A stretch of DNA of 64,000 nt from Mayamaea pseudoterrestris (taxonomy: Eukaryota). The DNA is taken from positions 1,116,001-1,180,000 of the forward strand of contig BROI01000001.1 in the NCBI GenBank assembly GCA_027923505.1. The letters are read 5' to 3'. The position numbers and the translations under genes were made by a program. This document shows, one piece after another, positions 21,795 to 34,000 of the stretch. The notes beneath the pieces were generated by a model that ran no database searches, was not told the origin of the DNA, and worked only from the letters and a program-made list of their open reading frames with translations. Within the stretch, counting starts at the first letter, position 1; every line of letters starts with the position of its first letter.

Positions 21795-22946
21795 AAATGG
21801 AGGACATGGCTCTGATGATTTTGCATCAGTCGGCTGTTGTCTTTTTAGATCACCCTTTGCACGTAAAACTATAAATTGTTCCCAATATCAACAGCATGTT
21901 GGAATCTAGTAGTACTGTAGGTCTACGTCAACTGCATGTTTGCTGGTGCGTTGTGCTAGTGATTTACTAAAGAGAGGGCAGCATTGTCAGCATCAATTAC
22001 TCTAGTTCGCTGCTGCACGTTACATCCAATCCCAAACAAGCTGTAGTCCGTCGTGAAGATCATATTTCAGCCTTCAGCCAGGCATGTAAGCAGCCCCATC
22101 AACTTCGGATAATCAAACTAATCAACTTTGCCAACGCGTGCCAGCAAGTTGTGCTGATCAGGAGCAATGAATGTGACCTTCACACCAGTTGCGACATTTT
22201 CTAGAATGCGTCGAAAGCTTGTCGAGTCTCGACGTACACCATGCAAGTAATTGTCATAACATGTACGCGAGTAATCCTGCTGGGTCCCAAACGTGTCCGC
22301 GTAAGCTGCAGTGGCAGCAAAGCCTTCAAGAGCCATCGATTGCATCGATTGCATCAATTGCATCACTGCATTCGCCAGGCTGCTGGAAGTGCCGATTAAT
22401 GCCTCGAATACTTGCTCAACCGGCAACGTGAGTAAATAGGGCTGCAACGTTCCACCTGCACGATGACGACGACGACGACGACATCAAAGACAGGAGCTTT
22501 GGCTGCTAGAATGGCTCGCAGCATGATTGTTTGCACTTTCTAGGTGAATACGTATGTCGGAAGTCGAAACTACTTGTTGAAACGCAGACCAAAAGCGCAG
22601 CAGTGGCTGGCGAGTCCAACATCTGACGCTTTTTCTTGCATTATCTACTGCTTGTGCTTTCGAAGAGACTGATAGCCGAGCAGGGCCTGACAGTGAGTTC
22701 GAGCAGACTTCCATTGGATTATGTTATGGTGCAGAGTGCAGATTGTGGTGGATCTTCATCCGTCTGATCTCGAGTCTTGCGTACTTGTCGTAACGGTTCT
22801 TCAACCCGCGCCGGCGCGGCGGGGTGACATCATCCACGTTTCTCCTTCACCATGGCGCGGGGCATCGCGGCTGCGTACGTAAATCTCAAAGACTTTGTAG
22901 CTTCTTTGACTCACAGCTATTTTATTTTATACATAAGAAATTCATA

Positions 22947-24141
22947 ATGGGCAAAAAGAGCAAAGCTACTGCTGGAAACCGTCGACGAGTTCAGCAAAAT
23001 GGCTATCTTGCGCTTGACGATGACGACGACTCGGTTCCACGGCGCAAGGCGACTACTACGACAACGAACAATACTCGCTATAAGGGAGGCAAGAGTACGA
23101 AACGAAACGGCAAGAGCGGCTCGTCGCCGTTGTCAGCGGAGGATGTTGCCTTACGGAGGTCCATCACGGAAGGTATGAATGACTGATGACTGGTTGAACA
23201 AGATATTGCTATGCAGGTCTTTTGCTTGCTGCAGCCACTCAAGACTGACTCTTTCTCTGGTCATTTCAGACGGCACGAAGGAAATTATTGAAGTTTCGGC
23301 AGACGGCAACTGTTTATTTCGAGCCCTCTCCGACCAACTCTACTACGATCATGGCGCGGCTCACGAAGATGTTCGTTCCGACGTTTGCAACTACTTGCAG
23401 GCGCACGAAACAGACTTTTGTCACTTTTTGGTGTTGGACGATGAAGACGCGCCACCCAACGAGGAGGATGCGTCAGACTTTACGTCATACGTGGAAAAGA
23501 TGCGACGCGATGGAACGTGGGGTGGAAACGTGGAGCTTGTGGCGGCGGCACGACTCTATCGACGCAACATTTTGGTGCATTCGGCGGATCTTGACACGTT
23601 CATGATTGACTGTGACGAGTCGAATGCGAGCCACCAGCGTGACTCTGTCCCAAATATGATGGTGAGTTACCACGACAATGATCACTACAATAGTGTTCGC
23701 GACACTCGCATGTCCAAGCCGCCGACATTTACCAAGGTGTACTTTGAAATGCCAGCGACGGCTGATGGAGAGGAGGAGGATTATGATTTGAACGCGGACA
23801 ATGGAACGGATGATACGGCAACGACTGACAATGAAAATGAATCTGATGAAACAGCGGATACAGTTGCAACTGCAGATGACTCTGGACATGGCAGCGGTGG
23901 TGATGCCGTGCAACAAGTTGACAATTCCATTAACGACGCTGCCACCAGCTCCTTGACGCCAAGCAAGAGTGCACCATGTCCCTGCGGATCTGGCCGACGA
24001 TATCGAAAATGTTGCATGCTCAAGGAACGACAAGCTACAAGGACAAGGAATGAATCAGAGACGAAGGAAGATGCTCGAACCCGACTTGCCAGCGAAGAGG
24101 AACTCGAACTGGGCGGTCCAATGCGTGTCATGGTCATATAA
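22947..24141 (+). CDS. OTU deubiquitinase (OTUD3/OTU7-like) with SEC-C motif; 2 exons, intron 23173-23269
   Basis: ADGNCLFRALSDQL (catalytic Cys), YHDNDHYNSV (His box), SEC-C motif PCPCGSGRRYRKCC. The GTATGA...TTTCAG intron joins the frames. Confidence 0.93.
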
Positions 24142-24210
24142 TGTTTTATATCCGCAAGAAATTTTTAAATAATGCAGCTATGAAATGTATTGCCTCATTT
24201 TTAACCATAG

Positions 24211-25536
24211 TTACCTGAGCGGCACGACGCAAAGAACGTCCATGTCCACCTTGGCTTGACCAACAAACTTCCACAGTCCATTCTCCTCCAAGACATATTT
24301 TTGCACAAAAGGATATTCCTCCGCATTCATGCCAACAAAGAGCTCCGACCCTCGTCTAGAAAAGTGTCGAACCGCACCAGGTGTTTGTATAAACTGCCCA
24401 AGCTCCAATCTGCCGTCAATCAGCTGCTTCAACACACGCACTCCCATTTCCGCCTTGCTGTTCCAGCCCTTGGCCAAGCCGCGCACACCCACCAATATCG
24501 TGCGATCCTCCTCGTAGAGTTGCATTTCGCTAATGACCGTCACGCCGAGTCCAATGTACTTGGCACCTGCGAGCGAATGGCCGGCAACGACCAACTCTTG
24601 GATTGGTTCCGGAGCAATGCAAATGTCTCGACTGTTCGAAGACTGTTGCTGCACCTTGTATACTTGAATCGTATTGGTTAATTCGCCAATGCAGTAGAGG
24701 ATTGATTCGTTGCTGGTGGTTGCATCACTAGGGAAAGCTGTTCGTCCCAAGGCGACTCGCCGCAAGCGAAATCCGTGGGGACTGACTTTGAACAGGTAGC
24801 GCATCGAGTATCGAAAAAGGGCTTGCATCCAGCCGGAACTGATCCGCGCAGTTGTTGACGAAGCGTGTGGCTGGCAGCGTACATGAGCCAAAGGACGGTC
24901 GTCAAAGTGCCCCATGTCATCGACGGAATAGATAATGGCGGCATCCTGGGCGCAGTCCGCAACTAGTAGCACATCGGCATCCTGCGTGCCGTCTACCATG
25001 CGCGCGTACTGAACATGATGAACGGCCCTGGGCGGAGCAATGGTAGGAGGAGTATCGTGGTTGCCGCGCTGGAAGGAAGGATGATGCATCATGCCAGTCA
25101 GCTCTGGAGGCTTGACTGTCGACAAGACAATAGGCGGTCCATCCTCCAAAACACTAAAGACTGTAATAGTCCCGCAATTGTGATGACCAACCACGTAGGT
25201 GCTTCCGTCCGCGCTAAAAGAGCCCGAGGCGGCTTGATATCCTTCCGTGGAAACACTTGCGCCGCCGAGCTTGATCAATCTGCCATCAGCTCCAATGCTA
25301 AAGGCTGTCAGCATGGCATGCGCCTTGTTCCAAAAGCTTGTCAAGGCATAAAGCATATCTCCGCCTGGGGTCGTATCCATCCACTCGGTCATGCCATTGT
25401 CAACGAGCAAGCCCTCCGGAAGAGGATCAACGATTGGATAGATCGTTTGAAGCGTCTGAAGAAGATTGCCGCTTTCATTGTCAACACCAATGACGGATAG
25501 TTTGTTCAGCGGACAGGAGACGTAGAGGATTGTCAT
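24211..25536 (-). CDS. Seven-bladed beta-propeller lactonase (6-phosphogluconolactonase/cycloisomerase-2-like)
   Basis: FSADGSTYVVGHHNCGTITVFSV, VHHVQY, LLVADCAQD, LYCIGELTNTIQVY, VRHFS. Confidence 0.7.
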   Translation of the reverse strand: MTILYVSCPLNKLSVIGVDNESGNLLQTLQTIYPIVDPLPEGLLVDNGMTEWMDTTPGGDMLYALTSFWNKAHAMLTAFSIGADGRLIKLGGASVSTEGYQAASGSFSADGSTYVVGHHNCGTITVFSVLEDGPPIVLSTVKPPELTGMMHHPSFQRGNHDTPPTIAPPRAVHHVQYARMVDGTQDADVLLVADCAQDAAIIYSVDDMGHFDDRPLAHVRCQPHASSTTARISSGWMQALFRYSMRYLFKVSPHGFRLRRVALGRTAFPSDATTSNESILYCIGELTNTIQVYKVQQQSSNSRDICIAPEPIQELVVAGHSLAGAKYIGLGVTVISEMQLYEEDRTILVGVRGLAKGWNSKAEMGVRVLKQLIDGRLELGQFIQTPGAVRHFSRRGSELFVGMNAEEYPFVQKYVLEENGLWKFVGQAKVDMDVLCVVPLR

Positions 25537-26343
25537 GGTGCAGATAGAAGGTAGAAGCTTGCCTTGATTCTTTGTTGCAGTCGACTACATGAAATCTGTG
25601 TCATGTCGAAAGTCCAAGATTGCTCGCGGACTCGCGGATCTGCTTCTCAGATCGCATTGGTACTTACTTTGACCCGCTGCGACGTATTGCGCGCCGGGCG
25701 ACGTGCTGGGACGAAGAATGAAGGCGCAATATTGCGAAGACCATCATCTTGCTCATTTGCCTCATTCTTGGTATGCGTCGACTGGATCGAGCAAAGTCCT
25801 TGCTTTTGGAGCAACGGATAAGTTACGAGTTGTGCAACGCGACTGCTCGTCTATCGAACCTTGCATTATTTCCTCGTATGGTTGCATCTAGCAGATCATA
25901 TTTCACTGGTCGCTTGATTCGGCCCTTACAGTCGACGAAAGGCTCAATCAGCTTTAAAAGTAGCGAGGCAAGCTGTAGGACAAAATACCAAATCGCTGAC
26001 ACAACCTGGAAGCTGATTTCTTTCCTTCAAACAAGCATTCCGCCTGAGTTCTGCATTGTTCTGCCGCATCAACCGCTCGTGTCCTTCGCCCACATGTCCT
26101 GTCGCGTAAGCTTCTGCTGTGCTAAGGTTCTTCTGCCTCCAGGTGATTAAGCGAGAAGACACACTGCGCAAAGCGTGTTGCAAAGGACTCTGGAGCGACA
26201 TCATAAACGCATGTCACGCATGCGGCAACCAAAAGCAAGCCTACAGACTTTTACAAACACTTATAAATAGTATCAACATATACAAGTTACATACAATGAA
26301 ACTTTATATCTTCTGTACAATGCAACGTCGCGTACGCACGCGT

Positions 26344-26652
26344 TCACTTCTTGTTCAGCAACTTTTGCAGCGACCCATTCTTGTGCGCCGCCTGCACGTC
26401 GCTGTTTCCTCCAACATGCTGATTGTTGACAAATACGTTTGGAACAGTTCCTTGTTTCGTCATTTGCTGCAGTACAGCCTGTATCTGACTTCCATCGCTC
26501 CGCTGATCAAGCTGATGAATGACAAGGTCGACATTCGGCATGCTTTGAAACAGTTGATTCGTGCGAGCGCAGTATCCACATGAGCTCTTGCTCCAGACAA
26601 CGACTTGGTGCTTGCTATTTTCGGATTCAATGAATTGTTTCAAGTCGCTCAT
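26344..26652 (-). CDS. Dithiol glutaredoxin (CGYC)
   Basis: WSKSSCGYC, TVPNVFVNNQHVGG. Confidence 0.95.
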   Translation of the reverse strand: MSDLKQFIESENSKHQVVVWSKSSCGYCARTNQLFQSMPNVDLVIHQLDQRSDGSQIQAVLQQMTKQGTVPNVFVNNQHVGGNSDVQAAHKNGSLQKLLNKK

Positions 26653-27344
26653 TTTGGTAGTGTTGCTGATCGAGGTTCGAGTAGACGGTGAATCACGTGA
26701 GTGATGGTGGAGAATGGAGGATGGAAGTGAGAGGTTGATGATGAGTGGCGTTTACGGCGTGATCATCGCTTCATGACACTTGCAAGGCGTGTCACTGTAA
26801 TTAATATGCTTGCATAGCGTGTACATACCTTGAAGATATTGTCGCCAAGAAGTTTCCCATGGCCCGACCGGGGAGAAGTGCGGTGGACGGAAGTTGGTCG
26901 TGGCCGTCGAACTTCCAAAGGAGCTTGGCGCGCCAAATAGATGCGTCGCATAGGTTCTGTGAGTTTCAGTGCGACTTTTAAAAGGCGCGACGGCGCGGCA
27001 GCTTGATCCATTTCTGACGCGACACAACATGCAACATGATACATGACAGAGTGTCTAGTTCTTTGTAACTTCTAGTATCGACGAGAGCTTCAGTCAGAGC
27101 GCTCTCGCGCCATAGTCAATATAATGTACCGGTCGTACGTAGTACCTACCGTAGTGACGAGTCGCGACCGAATCTTCGCCCCTCTTTAAGCACCAACACT
27201 CGTCCGGAATGTTCCTCTCGACTCTTTGCAGAATAATGACCAACCGTCTTCAAATTACTTTATCAGCAGACGTTAGTAACGCATACTCTCGACAAGATTT
27301 TGGGCGCGTTCGCTTCCCACGGATCACGGAACGTGAGAATCATA

Positions 27345-28682
27345 ATGCCGACGTCGACGTTGAGCAAGGGATTAGTTTACCCACGGTCGAGAAGGGATGG
27401 CACTGACAAGCGTACATTACATACCATGAACGATATAACTGTCGTATTCTTCATCTGTTCCATCCTGACCACTTCGCTGCTCATGTTGGCGCTTCATTCG
27501 CCCAGCTACACGCCTTTGGATCATCGGATGATGATGACGATGAACCTCAACGAGCAAATGGCCTTGGAGGACTTTCACCATACTACCAGCAAGCGAAAGC
27601 ATCGTTATCGATTATCCGAATACATCTTGACGCATCGAAACGAATGGTCTAACTCGCACAATGTCGTACATGTTATTACCTCTCGCTTCATGCAGCATCA
27701 GTCCAAACTCAAGCACTTGGCCATGGCCCGTTTGAAGCTACTCGAAGCAATTACCATACCGTCGTTACAGCAGCAAACCAACCAAGATTTTTTATGGATT
27801 CTGCGCGTCGACCCTCATTTGGACAAGGAGGTCATGGCATTGCTCATGGATGTTACCAAATCCGTGCCAAACCTTGTCATCCACTTGACTAATGACAATC
27901 GAGAAGGCTTCCGTTCAATTCCCAAAGATGCTTATAAACACTTGGCCAACTCAGACAGCCGCCAACTGTTAGAGTCGTACATTGACGCGGCGCAAACTCG
28001 AACAGTTTTGGAGACGCGGTTAGACGCTGACGATGCACTCATGGTGAGCTTTGTCGATCACATCCAGCAAGACGCCTCGAAGCAGTTTCACCACGTACCT
28101 GATCAATGGATGGTTTGGTGTATCGAGAACCATTTAGAGTGGCAGCAAAATAGTCCTTGGCACGAAGGCGAAAGCGCCATTGTCGGCTTTCGGGCGCCAC
28201 ACTGCGTGACACCCGGTTTGACTTGGGGGTATCCTGTCGGGGTTGTTCGCGAAGCATCCATGACGGGGCAGCACCACACTATTCACAAGCGTCTCTCTCG
28301 ATGTGACAAGGCATCTGGCCGTGGTGCTAAAGGAAAGTGCATGCATCGACTGAAATCGGCGTGGCCCATGGCACTGCGAGCGCGAACGATTACAAGTGCC
28401 GGCATGGCTAATTTAGTGCTGGATCATGAGACTGACCCCATGGCCGCGTCGCTACAAAACTCACGTTGGAAGGATTTGCAGGAGGAGCTATGGGGCCACT
28501 TGGAGTCGTTGTTTGGTGTGTCGCCAGAGGATTTGCATCGTGTCCGAAAGCAGCTGGCGGATCACACGCATGACATTGCCGTTGATGCTTTGAAAGGACA
28601 GTGCACGGCTGGTCACTCGTGCAAAAAGCGATCGAAGGCAGTGTTACGAAAGCTGGCCAATGTATCCGCACATGTTGTATAG
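27345..28682 (+). CDS. Type II membrane putative glycosyltransferase, rhamnosyltransferase-like (start uncertain, alternative ATG 27426)
   Basis: TM helix, RLKLLEAITIPSLQQQTNQDFLWIL, TRLDADDAL (DxD). Confidence 0.75.
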   Translation: MPTSTLSKGLVYPRSRRDGTDKRTLHTMNDITVVFFICSILTTSLLMLALHSPSYTPLDHRMMMTMNLNEQMALEDFHHTTSKRKHRYRLSEYILTHRNEWSNSHNVVHVITSRFMQHQSKLKHLAMARLKLLEAITIPSLQQQTNQDFLWILRVDPHLDKEVMALLMDVTKSVPNLVIHLTNDNREGFRSIPKDAYKHLANSDSRQLLESYIDAAQTRTVLETRLDADDALMVSFVDHIQQDASKQFHHVPDQWMVWCIENHLEWQQNSPWHEGESAIVGFRAPHCVTPGLTWGYPVGVVREASMTGQHHTIHKRLSRCDKASGRGAKGKCMHRLKSAWPMALRARTITSAGMANLVLDHETDPMAASLQNSRWKDLQEELWGHLESLFGVSPEDLHRVRKQLADHTHDIAVDALKGQCTAGHSCKKRSKAVLRKLANVSAHVV

Positions 28683-29591
28683 ATTGTGGGCATGCTGCAG
28701 TCTTCCAAAAGTTGACTTGATGTTCTGCGGCAGGCTATCCACTGTCGCGCCGATTTTAGTCGGCTTGGCCGATGCTATTAAACTGTCATCGTTCCAGCTA
28801 TGACGTGGTTAATATTTTCTACGGATGTTGTGAAACTAATTTTGCACTCTAGCTTCTTACTTTGCGTAGGAGTCGGTCTTTTGCGAACCTGGCGGGTTAA
28901 ATGGAGGCATTCAACAATGGAGATGCCTTTTGAATGGGGCCAACGTTCCATAATCAGCATGAATGCAACCGTGCGGCTCTACAATCGTGCTGGGATGGGG
29001 ATACACTACACGGACGACAGGCTACTCGCAGGCGAGATTTGGCTCATTCGCTTGGACTTTTTAGACAATCGAACCGCATGACAAGGTCAGACTCTTCCTT
29101 ATATCTAATCCTACACGCAAGACAAGTGAATAATGTCACTAAACAACATCTAAAATCCATCTGAAATAGCATATTTGTGGCGCAAAAGCAAGGGCCGCCA
29201 TGTTTGTGGTGTCGTCTGTACCGCAAACCGCAACGACGTTGATTCTCGTAGACCGTTGCCAATAACGCATCTCTTTCCATCTCATTTGATCACTCGCTGT
29301 GCAGCTCCAGCTCGATAAACGTCGTCAAGGGACGGGATCACGGCAGTAGCGTCCTCTCAGCATGCCGACAGTTTGGTATGATACAGTATTCGTGGACCAG
29401 CAGATGCAGTTGCTATCAAAACAGTCGTCCAACGTTTGCGAGACACTTTGGACTTTGCCACAACCTGCGCTGGCGGAGTAGTTATATGGCCGGCGACAAT
29501 CAAAATGTCTTATGACTCACGTTGACATTATTGTGCTGTCACATGGACGGAAAATGACGGAGGGAAAGATAATCTTTCGTGCAATCTATTA

Positions 29592-29783
29592 AGCCTACCT
29601 AATGTTCCGCAATAATCGGCGTAAGTGCGTTTCCCCGTGGATTGGTTGTAGTCGTGTAATGGCGGCTGACTCACTTTCATTGGTTCGGTTTCTAATACAG
29701 CCTACTCAATGTTCCACAGTAAACGGAGTAAATGCGTTTCCCAGTCAATGGTTGTAGTCGTGTGATTGCGGCTGACTCATTTT
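29592..29783. repeat. Diverged tandem duplication (~86-bp unit, period ~107 bp) upstream of the peroxiredoxin-like gene
   Basis: Copies start at 29592 and 29699 and share AGCCTAC, AATGTTCC, TGCGTTTCCC, GGTTGTAGTCGTGT and GCGGCTGACTCA. Confidence 0.9.
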
Positions 29784-29931
29784 TTGCCCGACTGGCATGC
29801 ACAGAGAGATACCGTTGCATGGCAAAAGAAAGAAAAAGAATCCACTCACTAATAACTAGCACACAACTTCACTGCGCATGCTCTGTGCACCTCAAAGGTT
29901 TTGCTGTAACATTTCCCCTTCCAGCTCCATC

Positions 29932-30735
29932 ATGACTACTACTTCCGGTATCAACCAACGCTCCATCCCAAGCGAAGTGCAAGACGCCAAGGCCCGGCTC
30001 AAGCAGCGCCATGCTGCCGACGAATCATCTCAGTCATGGACGACCGCCACGAGCACAGGCACTACAAGTGTTACCAGCAGCTTAGGATTGCCCGAAAGTA
30101 TCCGCAAGAACATTGGATCTTTGAACAGCGTATCACTCGCCCCGTTAAACCTTTCCGACGATAAGCTCCACGAAAAGGCCGCCATCTCCTTTAAGACGGC
30201 CCTCAAGAAGGAATGCAAGCGAGCTTCAAATGGCAAGAAGCAGGCAGACGTTGCTGTTGTCTTCGCCATTCGCCGACCAGGCTGCAGTTCTTCACGAGAG
30301 CAAGGGCAACAGCTTTCTGCCTTGGCCATGGAGTTTTGCAATCTTGCCGTTTTTGGCATTGTCAAAGAGTCCGGTGCTGCTGAAGAACAAAACCTAATTG
30401 CCTTTTACAACGATCACTTTCAACATCCCATTTACAAGGATGATGAGTGCCAAATATACAAGGCTATGGGCAATCGCAAACTCAACTCCATCCAGCTTGT
30501 CAAGGGCAATCTAGCAGCGAAGCGACGGTGGGCGGACAAGGCCATACCGCAAAAGTCTGGCGGCGAAAACCGCGTACAAGGTGGGATTTTGTTTTTCAAG
30601 AATGGCAAGCTTCGATGCGCGTACCAGGAGGAGTATGGAAAGGAGCTTGACGTATCAAACATTCGCGCAACCATTAAGGAGTTGCAGGAGGAACAGGAAG
30701 ATGTTTCGTGTTCCGAGACTTTGGATGGTTGGTGA
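29932..30735 (+). CDS. Peroxiredoxin-like 2 (PRXL2/FAM213, AhpC-TSA_2) family protein with CxxS site
   Basis: VVFAIRRPGCSSSREQ, GIVKE, YKAMG, VQGGILFF. Confidence 0.85.
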   Translation: MTTTSGINQRSIPSEVQDAKARLKQRHAADESSQSWTTATSTGTTSVTSSLGLPESIRKNIGSLNSVSLAPLNLSDDKLHEKAAISFKTALKKECKRASNGKKQADVAVVFAIRRPGCSSSREQGQQLSALAMEFCNLAVFGIVKESGAAEEQNLIAFYNDHFQHPIYKDDECQIYKAMGNRKLNSIQLVKGNLAAKRRWADKAIPQKSGGENRVQGGILFFKNGKLRCAYQEEYGKELDVSNIRATIKELQEEQEDVSCSETLDGW

Positions 30736-31026
30736 AGCAAATCCTGACACATCCGAGGAAAGAAGTAACAGTTCACATTCTACATAACACAGAGGATAGT
30801 AGCACAAATTACATACTTAAATGAGTTGCCTTGACGTAATGAAACAGATAATTGTTGCTTCGTCGTAGTGTGTGAGCCCAACGATCAATACGCTAAAGCA
30901 GGAGGAGAAAGACGGGAGGCAGAAACGATCCACTGCAATGTGATGATCAGGTAGGACGGTAGATCGACATTATATTAATAAGTGTAAGGTACAGAACAAC
31001 AATAGGCGAAAAAATATAACAAATCG

Positions 31027-34000
31027 CTAATTTCGCGGCCAACCGCCGTGGTCAAACATGGGAATGCAGTCAAAGCGATTACCATCCGAACAACCCACCG
31101 TCACTCGACTGCAAACGAACGCCAATCGACGCTCCTGTTGGTACAGAGACGGGAATTTCTGAGCTTGCTTTCGGGTCCACAACGACAATTGCTCGGTCGT
31201 CGAATGGCGAGCTACCGTCGACGCCAATTCGCGCTCGACCATGATTGACTGCAAGTACTTTACAGCAGATGCGCGTGAGAACAGTTCATGCGATTCGCGA
31301 TCCGGAATCACAGAAAACAAACCGCAAGTTGCAGCTTGAATGACAAGACCCACATCATGGACTGATGGGCGCCACCATACGGGCATGTCTTTTAAGGCCA
31401 GTAAGGGTTTCGATCGCACAACATGATTCAAGTTGTCAAGGACGACACCATCTCCACAAACAATGTACTGGCATGCTCTCAATAGACGCACGCGACGAAG
31501 AATCGCATTTGCGTAGCCGAGGGCTTCCATTGAGTGCCCCTGCAGCGACATGCATGGGTCTGGAAGTGGTGAAGGGTAATGCGCGTTCGGTTCCGGATGA
31601 AGCGATATTCCGTACGCGGTCTCGTATTTGCCCTCGCTGCCACGTGCGCCCCGTGTTGTTGGACCATTTCCATTGATGCACAGGCGAAGGCAATGAGGTA
31701 AAAGAAACAACGCAATGTATTGACGAAGTAGGTCGCTGTCAGGTACATCAATGTCAGGCGCCAGCTTGATCACAACATTCCGAAAATCGGATACCGAGAA
31801 TATCATCGGTGGTTGTATCAGCTCAGAGGAGCTGAGTTGGCTAACATGCCCTACCCAAATATCTGTGCCTACGGCCTGCGAATCATTCGTCGCTGGAAAT
31901 CCATAAAAGAGTGTTGCCAAGCAAACTGTGGCGCGAAGTTTCGAATTGAATCGAAATTCAGAGGGTATGGAGTCTGTAATCTTGGCCATCGTGGCAAGCT
32001 CACGAGCCTTTTGCTCCTCCGTTGTTTCGACATCGCTGTTCGATTTTACTATCAACTCGCTTTCCACCTGATCGATAGCCAACAAATCAGCGCTTACGGA
32101 TGCAGCGGTGAAGAATGCATCTTCGACGGCTCCCCCGTCTGTAATGTTCATCGTGTCAATGTGCGCTTCATCAAAAGACGCAGGGGCCATTGGCAGCGAT
32201 GGCATGTCGAACACTTCAGTCAAATCAGTTGATGAACCAAAGTAGCGAAGGTGCTCGTCGTCGACAAGTCGTTTTACAACGGTTGTATCAGCGTATACAA
32301 GACCAGAAATGGCGAATCGCGTAATGTTCATAGGTACACCAAGAGCGCGAAGGTAACGTGGAGCATCGGTGCCGTAGGCTACTTGGCTAAGCTGCTGACT
32401 CGCGCTGCCAAACCCGTAGTCGCAGCCATCATTTAACGTGCGATGGGAGGTTCCACACTGATTTGCTCCAATTCCTATGCCACAGAATTCATCAAAAATG
32501 TCATCTTTGTTGGTGACAAACAATGGAATGATCTCTTTGCTGACGAGAATGTTCGTCAGGCAGTCATCACTTTTTAACCATAGGTCCGGATTTGGTTCCT
32601 CGAGAAAACTCTCAGCATTCATTGAGACTTCTATCGTTCTCAAAATTAAAAGCAGTCGATGGTCTAATATTCTTGCATCCGGAATTGGACATCGCTGGTG
32701 ATCTTTGATACGTTCAGATGATGCGCCATCAACGCTGTCGTCGCCATCTGCTGAACCTTTGATTATATGGGATTCGCTTTCGCTTTCCATATTCACAGGG
32801 ACGAGCGCAGCATGCTTGCCGATAGCGTCCAGTAAATCAGATTGCATTCTTAGCAGCGTTACAAAATGTGAATCAGTTCCATCGTACGCAAACGCGTTTT
32901 CGACTTGCGTATCAGGCATATTTTTCGCTGCAAGCTCTGCTTCCGCTCCGCCTTTCCGTAGTCTGGCAGCATCCACTTCTCGCTGGGAAGCGGCTTTCGC
33001 TGCGGCAGCTACTGCCGCCTGCACTTCAAGTTCCGCTTTAATACGAGCAGACTCTAACGCACCATCGAACGTTTGGCGCGCAGCAGCAGCGGCAGTGCGA
33101 AAGCAATCCATTGCTTCTTTGCAAGCCTCATCCTCGTGTACGAGTTTTCGCAATTTTTGCGCAAATGGAAGTTCCGAGTCGTTCCGCATCGATTCATAAT
33201 TCCCTAAACCATGTACAAAAGAACCGATCAGCAGACCAATGTCACAACTCCGATCCCACCAGGACACTGGCTCGCGTACACGTATCAAGCTAAGATTTGT
33301 GCTAATCGCAAGCGACAACTCTTCGGTCGAGATATAGCGAGCCTTTAAATCAACATCAAGGTTGATAAGGTCATGACTTGCACAGCCTCGCTTTCCAAGT
33401 TCTTCGTGACCTAATTGACTTAGCACCGAGTCGATGCAGTCTTCGATAAATTGGTTCAGTCTTGTAAGTAATCCAATACGCCGAAGCGCACGCAGAGCAC
33501 CACCATTTCGGAGGAGGTCAACGTAAACAGGTTCCACCAAAATCGCGGGCATGCGAAGCATCCGGCGGTAACTCTCAACGTCGGCTTGCATAATTATGAC
33601 ATCTCGAATTGATTCAGTCAACCAATCAACTTCCGAAACACTCAATCCGCCGAGCCATTCTTGAAAAAGTGCTCGTAGATGAACGAAATTGGGTCCACCT
33701 GGAAGTTTCGTTATCAACATTTGCGCGGCTTGAAGGCCCAACTGGAACACATAGCATCGGACAAAATTTTCAAGGTCTTGCAGTGGAAGACTGCTTAAGT
33801 TCGACTCGCTGCGCATCTTGCAAAAGCGGCCAAATCCGAATCGGAGGAACGCTGCAGTAGCTTTCGCTCGCTGAGGAACTTCCCATCCTTGCTTTAGCCT
33901 CTCCATGAGCGGATCCTCATTCTCGGCTCGCTTCAAGCTTAAATGCCTTTCAGATTTCTTCGTTTTCTTCGGTTTCAACAGTAAGTCTAAATTTTCGGAT

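Noticed and set aside
22118..22714. Short minus-strand ORFs upstream of the OTU gene
   Set aside because: No clear start or domain; cannot be distinguished from chance ORFs.
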